Below, in pieces: positions 1 through 17,399 of a stretch of DNA of 64,000 bases. The notes below the pieces were generated by a model that made no database searches, was not told the origin of the DNA, and worked only from the letters and a program-made list of their open reading frames with translations. A program made the position numbers and the translations under genes. Position 1 is the first letter of the stretch, and every line of letters starts with the position of its first letter. The stretch lies in assembly GCF_009914755.1 (NCBI RefSeq), contig NC_060938.1; one strand, written 5' to 3'. Source of the stretch: the human T2T-CHM13v2.0 reference genome, Homo sapiens.

Positions 1-3000
1 AAAGAGTTGTATTCAGGAGCCAAATCTGAAATGATGAAAATCCTGAGAGGAAAAGAAGCAGGAAAGATTTAGCAGTTCACCCTTTTATTACTGTTATGAT
101 TACTCTTTATTACTTAGCACTTACATGGCACTTTATTTTTTTCCAAGTGCTTTACACTCCTTAATTACTTAATCTTGAAATATATTTAGAAAGGCACTTG
201 AATTTATTTGACGCTGCTATTCAAAACCTATTTTGCCCCATTTTCAGCCCCCACTCGTGGCAGTACAGTATCTTCCTGCTGGGAATCGAGGTGTGGAAAG
301 GGGTGGCTGATAGAAAGGAACTCCTGAAGAAAAATGGAGCGGGAGGAAGGAGAGGAGAAACCAGCCTGTGCTCAAATAACAATAATCAGCAATGACTACT
401 ACTCTCTCCTTCTCTTTGGCATTCATTGCCAATCCAGCGTCTTTCAAATTTTTAAATAATCAGTAGTTTATAAAATGCAATAAATATAGATTCTGCATAC
501 CATACACACAACAGATTTTGCTAACTGAATTATGTTGCTTGTCATGCAAATAGGTAGTCCTGAACCAATTAAAAAACAAAGGCATGTTGTAATGTAGTAA
601 TGGAAATTTCTTGAGGCCAGCTCTTGGGTACAGGGTCCTTAAAGACAGAGAAGAAGAAAAAGAAAAAGAAACATGGAGAACAATATCATCATTCTATCAG
701 CAGTTAACCTGAGTCTACTTATGCATGATCAAAGACTACAAATATAGTTTAAACAGCATGAAATAATCGCCGGGTTTACAATATGAAATGATTTTTAAAA
801 GCAAAACCGACAACAATCCTGGTGCCACTATGTTCGGAGACTAAAGACTAATTTTGTGATGCACAGCCAAGCTGAGGTAGTGGTAGGGAAATTAGGGTTA
901 AGAGGCTAACCTCCCTCCTGGGTTCCCTTTGAAGATTTCTATATTCTGGGGGAGACGGTAATGAAAATATTTTACCACCTCTATTGCAATTAGGTCAGTG
1001 GGCCAAAGAAAAAAGCTGCTCACACCACCACACACCAACGCAATTGCAATCCCAAAGGAGGCAGAAGGGACGGTATTCAGTTCCGTCGGCTGCATCAGAA
1101 AGGCTAAGTCCAAGGGCAGTGAACAAACTTCCTTCAGAACAGGTCTTCCTCTCTAGCCCTGGCATTTTGACAAGAGAGTGAGAGACTAAAAGAAGCAAGT
1201 CTTCCTTTCTTCTTCAGCTTCTCACACCTGAAGAGCACCCACACCAACAAGGAGAAGGAGAAAACCCAAACAAACCATACCCACAGCTTGGAGATGAGGG
1301 CTGGTATTACGAAGATAAAAAGAACAGCCTTTGCATCTAGACTCCCTTGGTAAGAAAAGAAAGCTGTAACTGGTAGGTTCCATCTATTTGGCTGCTCTAT
1401 TGTTGTTTTTCTATTTTCATTTTTAATACTGATGAGGCAAAGGAGTGACGCAGAAAAAATTAGAAGGCAGAAACTTAATAAAACAGCTCTAAACATGACA
1501 GCATTTATGAAAAAGATTAATTACTAGGAGTAAAGAGGCCTGATGCCAGGAATTTATAGGATTGATACAAATATGATGCCCTGCTGGGCTGCTAGGCCCA
1601 TAAAATGCAACCCTAATCTTCAGGCCTATTATTGTTTTTGCAGAAACAACAGGCTTCAGCCATGACAACAAAAGGGTATATAATAGAGTTTCAGTAGGGG
1701 AAAAAGAAATCACTCCAGCCATGGAAAATAAACACCATTAGAGAATATGTTTGTGAACACCTAACCCAGCCTTCCCTTAAAGCACCAGTGTCGACAGAGT
1801 GAAGGTGGCATTGTTGTGTGTTATCTAGAGGACGGAAGGAAAGGAGAGGACCAGTTAGTAAGAAGAAATGAGGCCACTAACGGTTCTGATTGGCAGTGGA
1901 CAGAGAATTTATTCACTTGGGAAATAATCCAGCCACTTTCTTAAATAAAAGAATTGCTCTTGTAAAGGTTGTAGGACAACTTCTGCCTACCCTCACTACT
2001 TTAATTTCTTGTAAACATTTTTAAAGCCCTCTCCCCCTTACTGTGGTTCTCCTTATGCATCTTGCCCATCTCTTATAATTGATGTGTCTGACATTCAGAA
2101 ACACTTTGTGAAACCACAAATTAGTCATGGCAGGAACAAGAAAAGAAGCTCAACTCGGCAATTGGATTACACTAACCAATCAGACTGGTGTCTGCCTTTG
2201 TTTGTACTCGCCACATTGATGGTGAAGAGAAAGACACATTTCATAACCAGTAATTTGAGGTTTGCACTAAATTCACATTTTAAATCATACACATTTTCTG
2301 GGGACCAACTGAAGGAAAAACAGTGTGCCATCTATGTTTTTGTGTCCATAGCATCTTTGAAAAGTATGAATGGGCATACGTAAAATCCCCTACCCTAAGT
2401 GTAACCTGTGTTTACATATGAATTATCTTGACGTTCTACATCATTCAAAGGGTTTGTTTATAACATATGGTGTCTGTTTCACACACTAACAGTGACTTTT
2501 TAATTTGAAGTCAGCCACAATCAGTGGTCCTAAATCCTCACTGTCTCCGGGATTAATTATGGGCACTAGACAGCAATAGCAATCCTCTCTTCCTGATAAG
2601 CTCCACAGACGAATTGGCAAGAGGAGAAAATAGGCCTTTCAAGGTTAGAGAGTTTTCAGAGCTGACATACACAGGCCTTTCATGACACCCATTTGGAACT
2701 GGAATATTAAAGATAAAACTCCCTCCATTATTAGGGCATCTTAGTAAAACATCACGCATGCAAGAAATGATGTTTCTAAATGCTTGCTTGCTTACTTTTC
2801 TTTACAGAAGTTTTCTACATTTTCCCCTCGGTAGAACAATTTAAAAAGCTATCTACCTCTGCCTCTATGGTGATTCAGTGATTGTTAAACAAACAAACAA
2901 AACAACAACCACAAAAGCCCATAATCAAAATAAGGAACGAAGCAGCAGACTGTGGTTCCACAAGTCGGTGGCGTCACAGCTTCACAAACCGGAACTTGTG

Positions 3001-3057
3001 GGAACTCAGAGTGTGTCCAGGACACATTGCCTCACTACAGATAAAAAGCCTCTAGGT

Positions 3058-3361
<304 letters not shown>

Positions 3362-4531
3362 CTAGGTCTCTCCCCACAGATGAGTGAAGCAGCCACAGTG
3401 TAACTGACAATGTACCTACCTGGTTTCCCTGTAATGTCCAACCTAAAGCTAGAATGCCTCATTACAATTTCTCCTGCAGATTTGTTTACATAATAGATGC
3501 TCCAACCAACTTTTTGGTTAGGAATATACTATTCTACCCATTCATCGCCTGCTTCTAAAGATTGGAGAAAGGGTCAAATGATTTCTTGAGATCCTTTCTA
3601 GTCCTATTTTTCAGAATCTAAGATGTTTTGTCGAAGCAGGCTGATTGTGTCATGGGCACCTTGTTTACATGTTGTTCACCTGAGAACTCTCAAGCACCTA
3701 CATCTTGCTGGGCATTGACTGCACTGAGAGTGAGGGTACCATAGTGGGAATGAGCATTGGAGTTCCTACCTTTGGGACTGCCAGAAGAAAAAGGGCATTA
3801 GATCATTCTGGGGATTGGGGAAAGTTTCCTTGAAGAAGTGACTTTGGGGCTGAAATCTTAAGGAGGAGTAGAAATTACCTGAATGAGGCCAAGGAAGGAA
3901 AGTGGAAATCAGCTTTCTCCAGGCAAAGGATGCATCATGAACAAAGTTCCTGAGATGGGTGAGGGCAAGTTTCTTTAAGGAATTGAAAGAAGGCCAGTGT
4001 CTGACACCCTGGGAGTGAGGAGGGCCTGGTGCTGAAGGAGGCAATAAGTGTGGGCCGGGGCCCAGCTGCAGGGTCTGGATTAGTGCAAAACCCAAGAGCC
4101 TTTTCCCTGTGTCCTCTGCTCTTGTAGAGTCTTGTCACTTATATCATGAACAAATAAGACTGTACAATCTCACTTTGGAAACTCTCGAAGATTTAACTAC
4201 CCCATAATACTCACAAACAATGTAGAATTATAGAAACCTAGGGTTTACAGTCTGAGCTGTTCAGATATCCAACTCCTGTTTTGCAATTAACACCCCACTT
4301 TAAGGCTTAACCATCTACTAATTTCAGAGCTGTAGCCAAAATGTCCTCCTCATGTGTACAACAGGTTAGCCTCTGAGTTAGGAACTTCACTGGCATGCAA
4401 AGATGAATAAGCTCCTTTATAACTGGCCTATATTCAATACAATTTTGGTCTTCTATGAATAAAACTTTGGTTCTATCATAGCTAAGAATTTGTTTCTCAG
4501 TGTCTTCTTCTTAAACTACCCAAGCAATTTC

Positions 4532-4837
<306 letters not shown>

Positions 4838-4969
4838 TACCCAAGCAATTTCTTGAAAGGTAAATACCAGCACTAAGATACTGGACTCCTAAAAAGTGGA
4901 AAAAAGACAAAAAACAAACAAACAAAAAAAGCAAAATCAGCCAAACCTACCTATTATGAGATTGAGTTA

Positions 4970-5492
<523 letters not shown>

Positions 5493-5771
5493 TTACTAAT
5501 GTACAAGATCATTTCTTAATTCATAAGAAATTCAAAAGCATCAGCTCCACAGCTCATTGATTCTTTTTTTTTTTTTTAACTTTTTAACCTCCCTGACACC
5601 TTCACTGATTCTTCTAGGCCTTTCCTAAGCTCTTTGACTCTTTCTGAGGATGCGGTTCTTGTCTCCCATTGTGGACTATATCTTGCTAGTGGACATACTT
5701 TTGGGATTTTTAATAAATTGTCTTCTTACCCTACATTCTGTCTTCTTTTACTCAACTCCTCCTCATTCAAA

Positions 5772-6060
5772 TTTTTAGTTTTAGAGACAAGCTCTTGCTC
5801 TTTTGCCCAGACTGGAGTGCAGTGGTGCAGTCATAGCTCACTGTAACCTTGAAGTCCTGGACTCAAGAGATCCTCCCACATCATCCTCCTGAGCAGCTGG
5901 GACTATAGGCATGCACTACCACACGTGGCTAATTTTTAAATTTTTTGTAGAGACCAGGTCTCACTATGTTGCTTAGGCTGCTCTTGAACTCCTGGCCTCA
6001 AGTAATTCTCCCACCTTACCCTCCCAAAATGCTGAGATTACAGGTTGAACCACTGCTCCC
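5772..6060 (-). mobile_element. Alu (AluJ-type)
   Basis: Diverged antisense Alu with J-like CATAGCTCACTGTAACCTTGAA. Confidence 0.92.
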
Positions 6061-7344
6061 TCCTCATTTTTAAAAAACGTGTTACTGTTTGGTTTATTTC
6101 CCTTGAGCCAAATACTGCTTTTGTATAAGGCAGTATTCTTTCTCTTGCTCTATCAAACAGGGACTTCTATCTCTGTCATCTCTTCAGCACTGGCACCGGT
6201 AGCGGCCGCAGATCAGTCCTCTGGACTTTGTTTCATTTTTTAAAGTTCATGGATGACTGTTAGTACCCTTTCCCTTAAGAGTGGGTTTAATTTTCAGGAA
6301 CAAGAACCCAAATATCAGGAATGATGTCATCCTTCAGTGCTACAGGGCAACTATTATAATAAAACCCACTCAATTTATCCAGAAGCCATATTTGCAGCTT
6401 ATTAATTACATAACTCTACAGCAACCCTCCAGGCTATTGGCTTTTGGCCATTTCACTCTTCATTGGCACTTTCAGTAGAAAAAGAACAAGAAAAAAACAG
6501 GTTGAAATTCTCATAAAGCAGACTTGGTTCCTCCCTTGTGTATTGAGAATCTTAAAAATTTGGGGGAAAGGGCTTTAGGGATGACCTAGCCCATCCAAGA
6601 CATGAGGAAACTGAGGCCCAGGACCCTGCAACTTTCAAGAACACAGCGCTGATGTGATATCAATGTGCAGATTAGAGCTAGACCGCTGACTCTGGGTCCT
6701 GTGCCTCTCTACTATATTACAGATACTCTCTTCAGGGACAGGAAGTCAAAGTTTGGAATTCTAGTTTTCTCCTAGCTTCCTTCTGACACTGTACTTATAG
6801 GGGAGTCTTATAAGTTTTCTGAAGCCCAGGATGATAACACCTGCATTACCTATTTCACAGAGTTACTATACAGGAAATACTTTAAAAGTCTATAAAAAGA
6901 TTTTTCTTTTGGAGGGCAGAAGAAAATACATTTGAAACATTGTGGTGAAAGATGTCTGGTTCCCAAGAAGATGGCAAACAACTCGGGATACTGGCTTCCA
7001 GCATGAAACCTCAATTCTTGGTGGTGCCACTGAGGTGAGAGAGGAACTGATGATTCCAGAACTTAAAACCCCTAGTTCTCTTTGAATAGATCAGTCCAAG
7101 AAATGGAGGGAAGAGAAACCAGACAGGTCAGATGTTACAAACATGTTTCAGGCATGGGAGGGAGCACTTCTCTGCCATGCACTTTTTCTTCCCCTCAGTG
7201 CCCTCTGTGCACAAGCCACCACTGACTACCTGGGGCAGAAAAATATTAGTGCCAGCTCAGCACTAGCTGGCGGCAGTAGGACTCATATCAGGATAGCCCT
7301 GAAGCCCAGCTGTCATGAGAAGCTGATAACATAATCTATACCTT

Positions 7345-8900
<1,556 letters not shown>

Positions 8901-8905
8901 TTTCA

Positions 8906-9241
<336 letters not shown>

Positions 9242-9537
9242 TTATATCAAAATACACCATTTATATCAACATACACCCCAAAAAAAAAATCCCATAGTGC
9301 ACGTCTTCCAAAGATACATACGTATTCAAGAAAAAACATGAACTATATTAGAGAGGGTGCCTATGGAAACAGAGGGACGAATGGGTATGAGGTTAGGGTA
9401 GGGGTGGTGATGATGTGATGTTAACTGAAGAGTATCATTAACTCAACCGTTTGCACCTGAGCTTAAAATTAAAATAGAGGATTTTAATTTTACTAGAGAG
9501 TGGAAACGTTTCATAAACTTTTAAAAAACTAAGATAT

Positions 9538-9706
9538 AGCTGGGACTACAGGCACGCGCCACCATGCTCAGCTAATTTTTGTATTTTTAGTAGAGACAAG
9601 GTTTCACCATGTTGGCCAGGCTGGTCTTGAACTCCTGGCCTCAAGTGATCTGTCTGCCTTGGCCTCTCAAAGTGCTGGGATTACAGTGTGAGCCACTGCA
9701 CCTGGC
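9538..9706 (-). mobile_element. Truncated Alu (left arm plus linker)
   Basis: Antisense Alu lacking most of the right arm and tail. Confidence 0.92.
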
Positions 9707-9957
9707 TGGGATTTCTTTATATTCTGTCTTGTAGAACTGGTATAGGGGAACTTTGCATCTCTAAAAGAAATGTGCTAAACATTTTATTAATAGCTGGAAT
9801 AAAAATATATGTCTGCTTTTCAGGGCTAGTGTTAGAGAAAACCACTAGGAGAGTGACATAGTATTTCGGGAGCATGACTAAGTGCCACTCATGGTACATG
9901 CAGATGGCACCTACTCTAGGAGATTCAGCATATTTGCACCAGGGACAAATCTTTGGG

Positions 9958-10247
9958 TTTTTTTCTGGAGACAGTCTCACTCTGTCATCCAGGCTGGAGT
10001 ACAGTGACACAATCTCGGCTCACTGCAACCTCCACCTCCCAGGTTCAAGCGATTCTCCGCCTCAGCCTCCTGCATAGCTGGGATTACAGGTGCCCACCAC
10101 CACACTCGGCTAATTTCTGTATTTTTAGTAGAGATGGGGGTTTCATCATGTTAGCCAGGCTGGTCTCGAACTTCCGACCTCAAGTGATCTGCCCGCATCG
10201 GCCTCCCAAAGTGCTGGGATTACAGGCGTGGGCCACCGTGCCCGGCC
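9958..10247 (-). mobile_element. Alu (AluS-type)
   Basis: Antisense dimer; TGCACCA(G/A)GGACAA duplicated on the flanks. Confidence 0.96.
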
Positions 10248-10967
10248 TGCACCAAGGACAATTCTAAAGGTCTAAAATATGAGAATTAAAAATAAGAGAA
10301 TCCATCTCTTTAATTCACTTTATTTCTAATTTTACTATTAGCAAACATACAATGCTTAAAGTATCATTTGAAAAGTACTATCTATTTCAGTGATTTGTAG
10401 CTATTATCATAAAGCTGCTCAAATATAAATAGACTTATAACTTTCTTCCCAAAGGACTTCATTTCTAAAGAAATTTCATGATGCATGCAGTGTGGCCCCT
10501 GTATCTACAGAAGGAACTGGAAATGAATTACAGGCCTCTAAGTGATGCCCCTTTGAACTCTGAAGTCATTTGCATGGTGGTGGTTGGTGTCATACAGCAT
10601 GGTTGTAGACCCGAACAGCGCTCGGCTGTGCCTCTTCTTCCAGCCCTGCATGGACTGTCACCAGTGCATTACTAATTGAACATGATGGGTGCTAGGTTAT
10701 TAAAGAGAAAACTGCACTCTACTTATCAAATGCTGATTAGCATAAGCAGCACATGGGCTTGCTTTCTCTTACCCTATTCAATAAACATTTCATTCGAAAA
10801 ATGAATTCTGTCACTTGAGACATGCAGTTCTAACTCAAACTTCTTACTTGGTATGTAATATTCAGAGGAACTTGATATATAGCCCACGGTTTGTACATTG
10901 CCATATTTATTTGAAAAAATTCCCCAAGCAAATCTTGATGTCTTTCCCTTTTAAAATAGGGGAAGTA

Positions 10968-11420
<453 letters not shown>

Positions 11421-11589
11421 CTAACTACAAAAAGCCTAGAGGAACCCAGCCCTCAGCTCCTGGCCTCATCTCTGGCTACAGCTGCAGCAACTTTCCAAAC
11501 CGTGAATGCCTTCCACACCCTGTCTCCCGCTTCCTCTAAATGGAATTGAAGGTAAGCAAGTATAAAGGAAATTAGGTGAATAAATAATG

Positions 11590-12145
11590 GACTCTTTCTC
11601 CTCTGCTGTAGTTGATAGCTTTTCGTGTGTCTGCGTAGCTCACAATGGTTCCCTCACTTCTGGAAGCAGTTCTCCTACCCTGCCTGTCAACATAGTAACA
11701 TGGCTTGTACTTCATTACCCACCAGGATCTTCATGGATTGGATTAAGGGTAGGAGCATCTGTCCCAAACTAATTTCATTCCTTCCTCAGAATTTGGAAGT
11801 GGATCAGAAAGGCAGCAAACTAAATTCCTCTGATACTTGGAATCATAGCATAAACACTCAGGAACTGTGAGGAGGCCATATTCCACTACACAGACCACAG
11901 AGAGAAAGAGAAAAAGAGCTGGCCAAAGAGGAAGCAAACAAGAAAATTATTAAGTGTAAATACCCAGAAGAAAAAGAAACACAGAAGGCCTCGGGGCTTT
12001 GCACTTCAGCTTTGTGACTGCCTCCTGCATCCCTGACTTGAGTCTAAAAGAAAACCCTTAGATCCTGAAATATCCTTCCCACTTTTGTTTAAACTAGTTT
12101 TAGTTTCTTTTCCATGGAATCCATGAGTCTTGACTAATTAATATA
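11590..12145 (+). mobile_element. Possible old MaLR (MLT1-like) LTR fragment
   Basis: Ends in an MLT1-like terminus (GAGTCTTGACTAAT) with GGCCATATT...GAGAGAAAGAG internal pattern; degenerate. Confidence 0.4.
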
Positions 12146-12672
12146 ACATTTTTCTTCCAAGTAGTTCAGAGTGACTGAAAGAGAGTTCCAGAAATCATCA
12201 ATATCTATGAGAAGCTAGGGCCAAGATGTCCACAAAAGTTTAGAAGATGGAAAGCAGATGACCAGGCGGTAACTCTCTCAGCAAAGCAAGAAAAAAAGGT
12301 TATTAATAGCACCTGCAGAGGAGAAAGACCAAAATCAAAATCAAACAAAACAGAATAAAAGCAAGATTTATGCCACAGAACCCAATAAGGGGCCAGGATT
12401 CAGAGGCAGCAGAAAGAATAAAATAGGGGTGGGACCTTTCCATGGAAGAATACATTCTGTAGGGGTCACATGACCATCCCTCCCTCACATCAGCAGGACA
12501 TAGGAGGGGTACTCTTTCAATAAATCAAACCAGGGCACTCCAGACATGGGCTCTCCAGGCAAGGAGGAAGGCAGGGCACATTGAAAGACAGAAGGAATGA
12601 CAGTTTGCAAGCTGAGTCAGGACCATCCAAACTTCTTTTCCTGCTTTTCCAGAATGCCAGGGACATGGCTTG

Positions 12673-12999
<327 letters not shown>

Positions 13000-13649
13000 T
13001 AACATGTTAAATACAGCCAATGTAGCCCGGGCACCAACCAAATGGAATGGACACTGACCTGAGCATTGAGGCAAGGTCCTGCAGGCTTTAACTGTTTTGT
13101 TGCTAGGTTGTGGGAAGGGGATCTCAGTGTGGCTGGAATGAGGCAGTCTGAGAACTTGAGGCAGTCATTATACACCACTAGCAATAGGAGTTTCAATATG
13201 TTAACAACCAGCATGGCTGCACTGGTGTGTCCAGTTGACTGTCACTCCTGTTCACATCTCGTAGGCAGGAAATTCAAGAATTCTTTTCTGGAGAAACTGA
13301 ACAGAACCAGAGAAAAAAATACTGAAACCTTAGAGTCCCCCAATATAAAGACCAGGTTATGTCCAACCATCCTACGGTGGACTCCAATAGTCAGCAAAAC
13401 TCTACCTACGCACATAGAGCTTCGAATTGGCTTTTAGTGCCACATGTTTAAACATAAATGGACATCCAAGGATCGCTCTGCTTTAAAGATGGAGAGCAAA
13501 CAAACAACAAAAATGCAGAACTCAGAGGAAACAGAGACAAGGCAGAAAAAGGGGGGAGGGAAAGCCCCAAACTTAAAAAAATTAAAAATTAATATCTTCA
13601 GAGAGCTGAGTGAAAAAAATGCATACATAGAACAAAAACAACTAAAAAA

Positions 13650-14395
13650 CACATTCATTCATTCAACAACTATTTATTGAACATGTATCAGACACTGTTC
13701 TGATGATCACAATCTATCTGCTACCTCTGAAATTGTTCTCTGGCTGGCTGCCCATCCACCACTCCATAGCTACAGTCCTAAAGCAGTCTTCATCACCTCT
13801 CAACTGAATTTTAGCAGCTGACCTCTAATTCTTCTCCTTGCCTCCAGTCTTGCTCTCCTATAATCCACCATTTACATTTAGTATGTAAACTCCCAGGGTC
13901 TATGGGATCTCCACAGCCCAGAGAAAAAAGCGCAGAAGACTTAGCCCTACAGACACAGCCCCTGTTTATTTGGCCTCTGTCACTGCTCCAGCCTCATTTA
14001 TCACTCTCTCCTCAACTCAACAACATCAAAGCACTTGAATTTCCCCTAATATCTTTTGACATTTTTGAGGTTGCATAATTTTAAGTTTCTTCTGCCTGAA
14101 CTTACCTCCCCAAACTTGTGCATCCTTCAAGCCTCACTTTGAGAGACACCTCCTCTCATCTCACCCTAACACCAGGCAGCATTGAACACCCGCTCCTCAC
14201 TGCCTGCACCACTGACGTTATGTTCTTCCCCTTGCATGAAGTGGTTGGCTTCCTGGTCTGTTGCCCCATCTAAACAATGTACTCCTAGAGGCCCAGGACC
14301 TTGTCTCATTTGTCCTTTGGGTCCTCAATAGTCCAGGGCTCAATGCCTGGTGGAGAAATGTTCTTTGAATGAATGGATAGGTGAGTGGATGAATC
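13650..14395. mobile_element. L2 fragments
   Basis: CATTCATTCATTCAACAA..TATTTATTGA (antisense L2 3' end) and TTTGAATGAATGGA (sense L2 3' end). Confidence 0.65.
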
Positions 14396-14699
14396 CAGAG
14401 ATGAAAGTAGGAATGGGCACATTGAAAATGCTACCCTCCTTAGAACACAGGCCAGGTCCTAGGCAGAAGAGAGTCCATGGAGTCTCTAGAACGAGGAGTT
14501 TGGTTTAGATATGCCACAGAATAGGAAGCCATTTTAAAAATGATGGTTTGTAGGTCTTCAAGTAATTAAAGCTATGAGTTAGAATGATGAGTCTGTCATG
14601 AAGTCCAGCATGGATCCAAAAAATTGAAGGGGGAAGTGTGGAGAAAGCAACATGTACGAACCCCATCTGTGTGTGTCATGCTTTACACGATACCTCAGG

Positions 14700-14835
14700 C
14701 AAGACTCATTCCAATCTGATGAAGTAGGAATCATTACCCCCCTTTTAAAGATGAAGGAACTGAAACAGAGATGTTAAGTAACTTTCCCAAGATCAAGTAA
14801 ATGATGATAAATTTAAATCCAGGTCTAGTTTGCCA
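14700..14835 (-). mobile_element. MIR fragment
   Basis: AGATGAAGGAACTGAAACAGAGATGTTAAGTAACTTTCCCAAGATCA resembles the antisense MIR core. Confidence 0.65.
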
Positions 14836-15188
14836 AGGTAACACACCATGAAGATCACATTCTTTTCAGAACTTTGACTGGCATAAAAATCTAGGTTATT
14901 TCCATACTTGACCCAAAATATGTGAAGTGCTCTGAAATAAACACCATTTAAATGAATTTCTGGCTTTAAGATCGGGTTATTTTCACCTATAACTAAGCAA
15001 GAAAACACATGCTGCCATCACAGGAATACTGCCAAAAAAAAATTAAAAGAAAAAAAGAAAAGAAAACACGTGTCTGCACATGTCTACTTAACTTTATTGG
15101 CCATAGTTTACTCATCTATAAAGAAATAATTACCCCATAGAGTTGTTATATAGATTAATGAGTTAATAAACTTAATGTACTTCGTCTT

Positions 15189-15817
<629 letters not shown>

Positions 15818-17095
15818 ACTTAGCTAGTACTTGATATATATCAACACTTGATAAATATTAGCTACTATTGTTATATTTCTTTTATTAAACTGATATCATT
15901 CATCTAATAAGAATTCTAACCAACCATTTAAAATGTTCTCTTTGAACACAAAATTTCTTTACAGCTTGCATTAGATATAAGAATTATTTTGCAATGTAAC
16001 ATTTTAAAAGAAATTATAGGAAATATATAACTGAATCTTCTGTGTATACTCTTACTATAAACAGCTGTAGTACAAATATGTTAAAATTACACATTAGAAG
16101 TCAGTCCATCAGATTGATTTTTAAAGATATTGCATGAAATATGAAATCAGACACATAATGATGTACTGCTTTTGAACTTCTTATAAGCCCAAAAGATACC
16201 ACAACTTGTTTACTTGACAGCTCAGCCATTAATTTCAGAAAGGCTAAAATGAATAACTACCCAGGTTACAGTTGCCTTGCAGGAATCCCTCTGCTATAAT
16301 CTCATAGTTTTTTCACCTAATTAATTTCCCCTTTCCTTGTACCAGAGTTTCATGAGTGTATCTTGTTTGGAGGAGATTAAGAGTCACACGCTTCATTAGC
16401 AAGGTGTAAATTATCAGCGAGGCCCTCTCCATCCACCTGCTTAATCGGGTTAATGAAGCACCTCTGCAGGGCCTTCCTGGGGCCGCCCTCACTGAGCTCT
16501 CTGCAGATTTTACCTCCCTCAGCTGCTTGAAAAACAGGGAACTGTTTAAAGGTGCTACTCGCCTGCTCTGTTTCCAACAAGGGAAACCTTGTCTCTAAAG
16601 TTCAGCCTCCCTTTGGTCTTTTGAAAGACAAAAATGTTGCTTGGGGAAAATTACCAACAGGTGTTTTTGCTTTTTCCCTTCTGTCCCTTGCTCTTTTAGT
16701 TAATTTGCCACAAATGGGGCTTGAGTCAGCTTTTGAGATTAGGTTTGTGACCATTTTGTATAGAGTCCTAACTTCCTTCTAGGCCTTTTGAATATCAGTG
16801 CAAATGTTAGGAAGGTAGAGCCTTCATCATTATTTCTTCTGGTCATCTCAGTTTCTGAGATTATCAAGGTACCTTTTCTTTTTCATTGCATTTCAGTTCG
16901 TGAAGGTTGACTTAAAACTTCTACAGACATTTTTAAAATTGTGATACAACCCAGTTAGCTATGTTTAAGCTGGTCATTTCTAAAATATCCTTACGCATAA
17001 AGGAATGTTCTGGTGGTTCTTCCAAGCCCTCTGGGAAATCTGCACGCTGACCTGGGGCATGCTTATCTTACACCTATTAAAAAAAAATAAAGCGA

Positions 17096-17399
<304 letters not shown>

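Noticed and set aside
9464-9492. 12-bp AT-only inverted repeat
   Set aside because: Short and low-complexity; expected by chance in AT-rich DNA.
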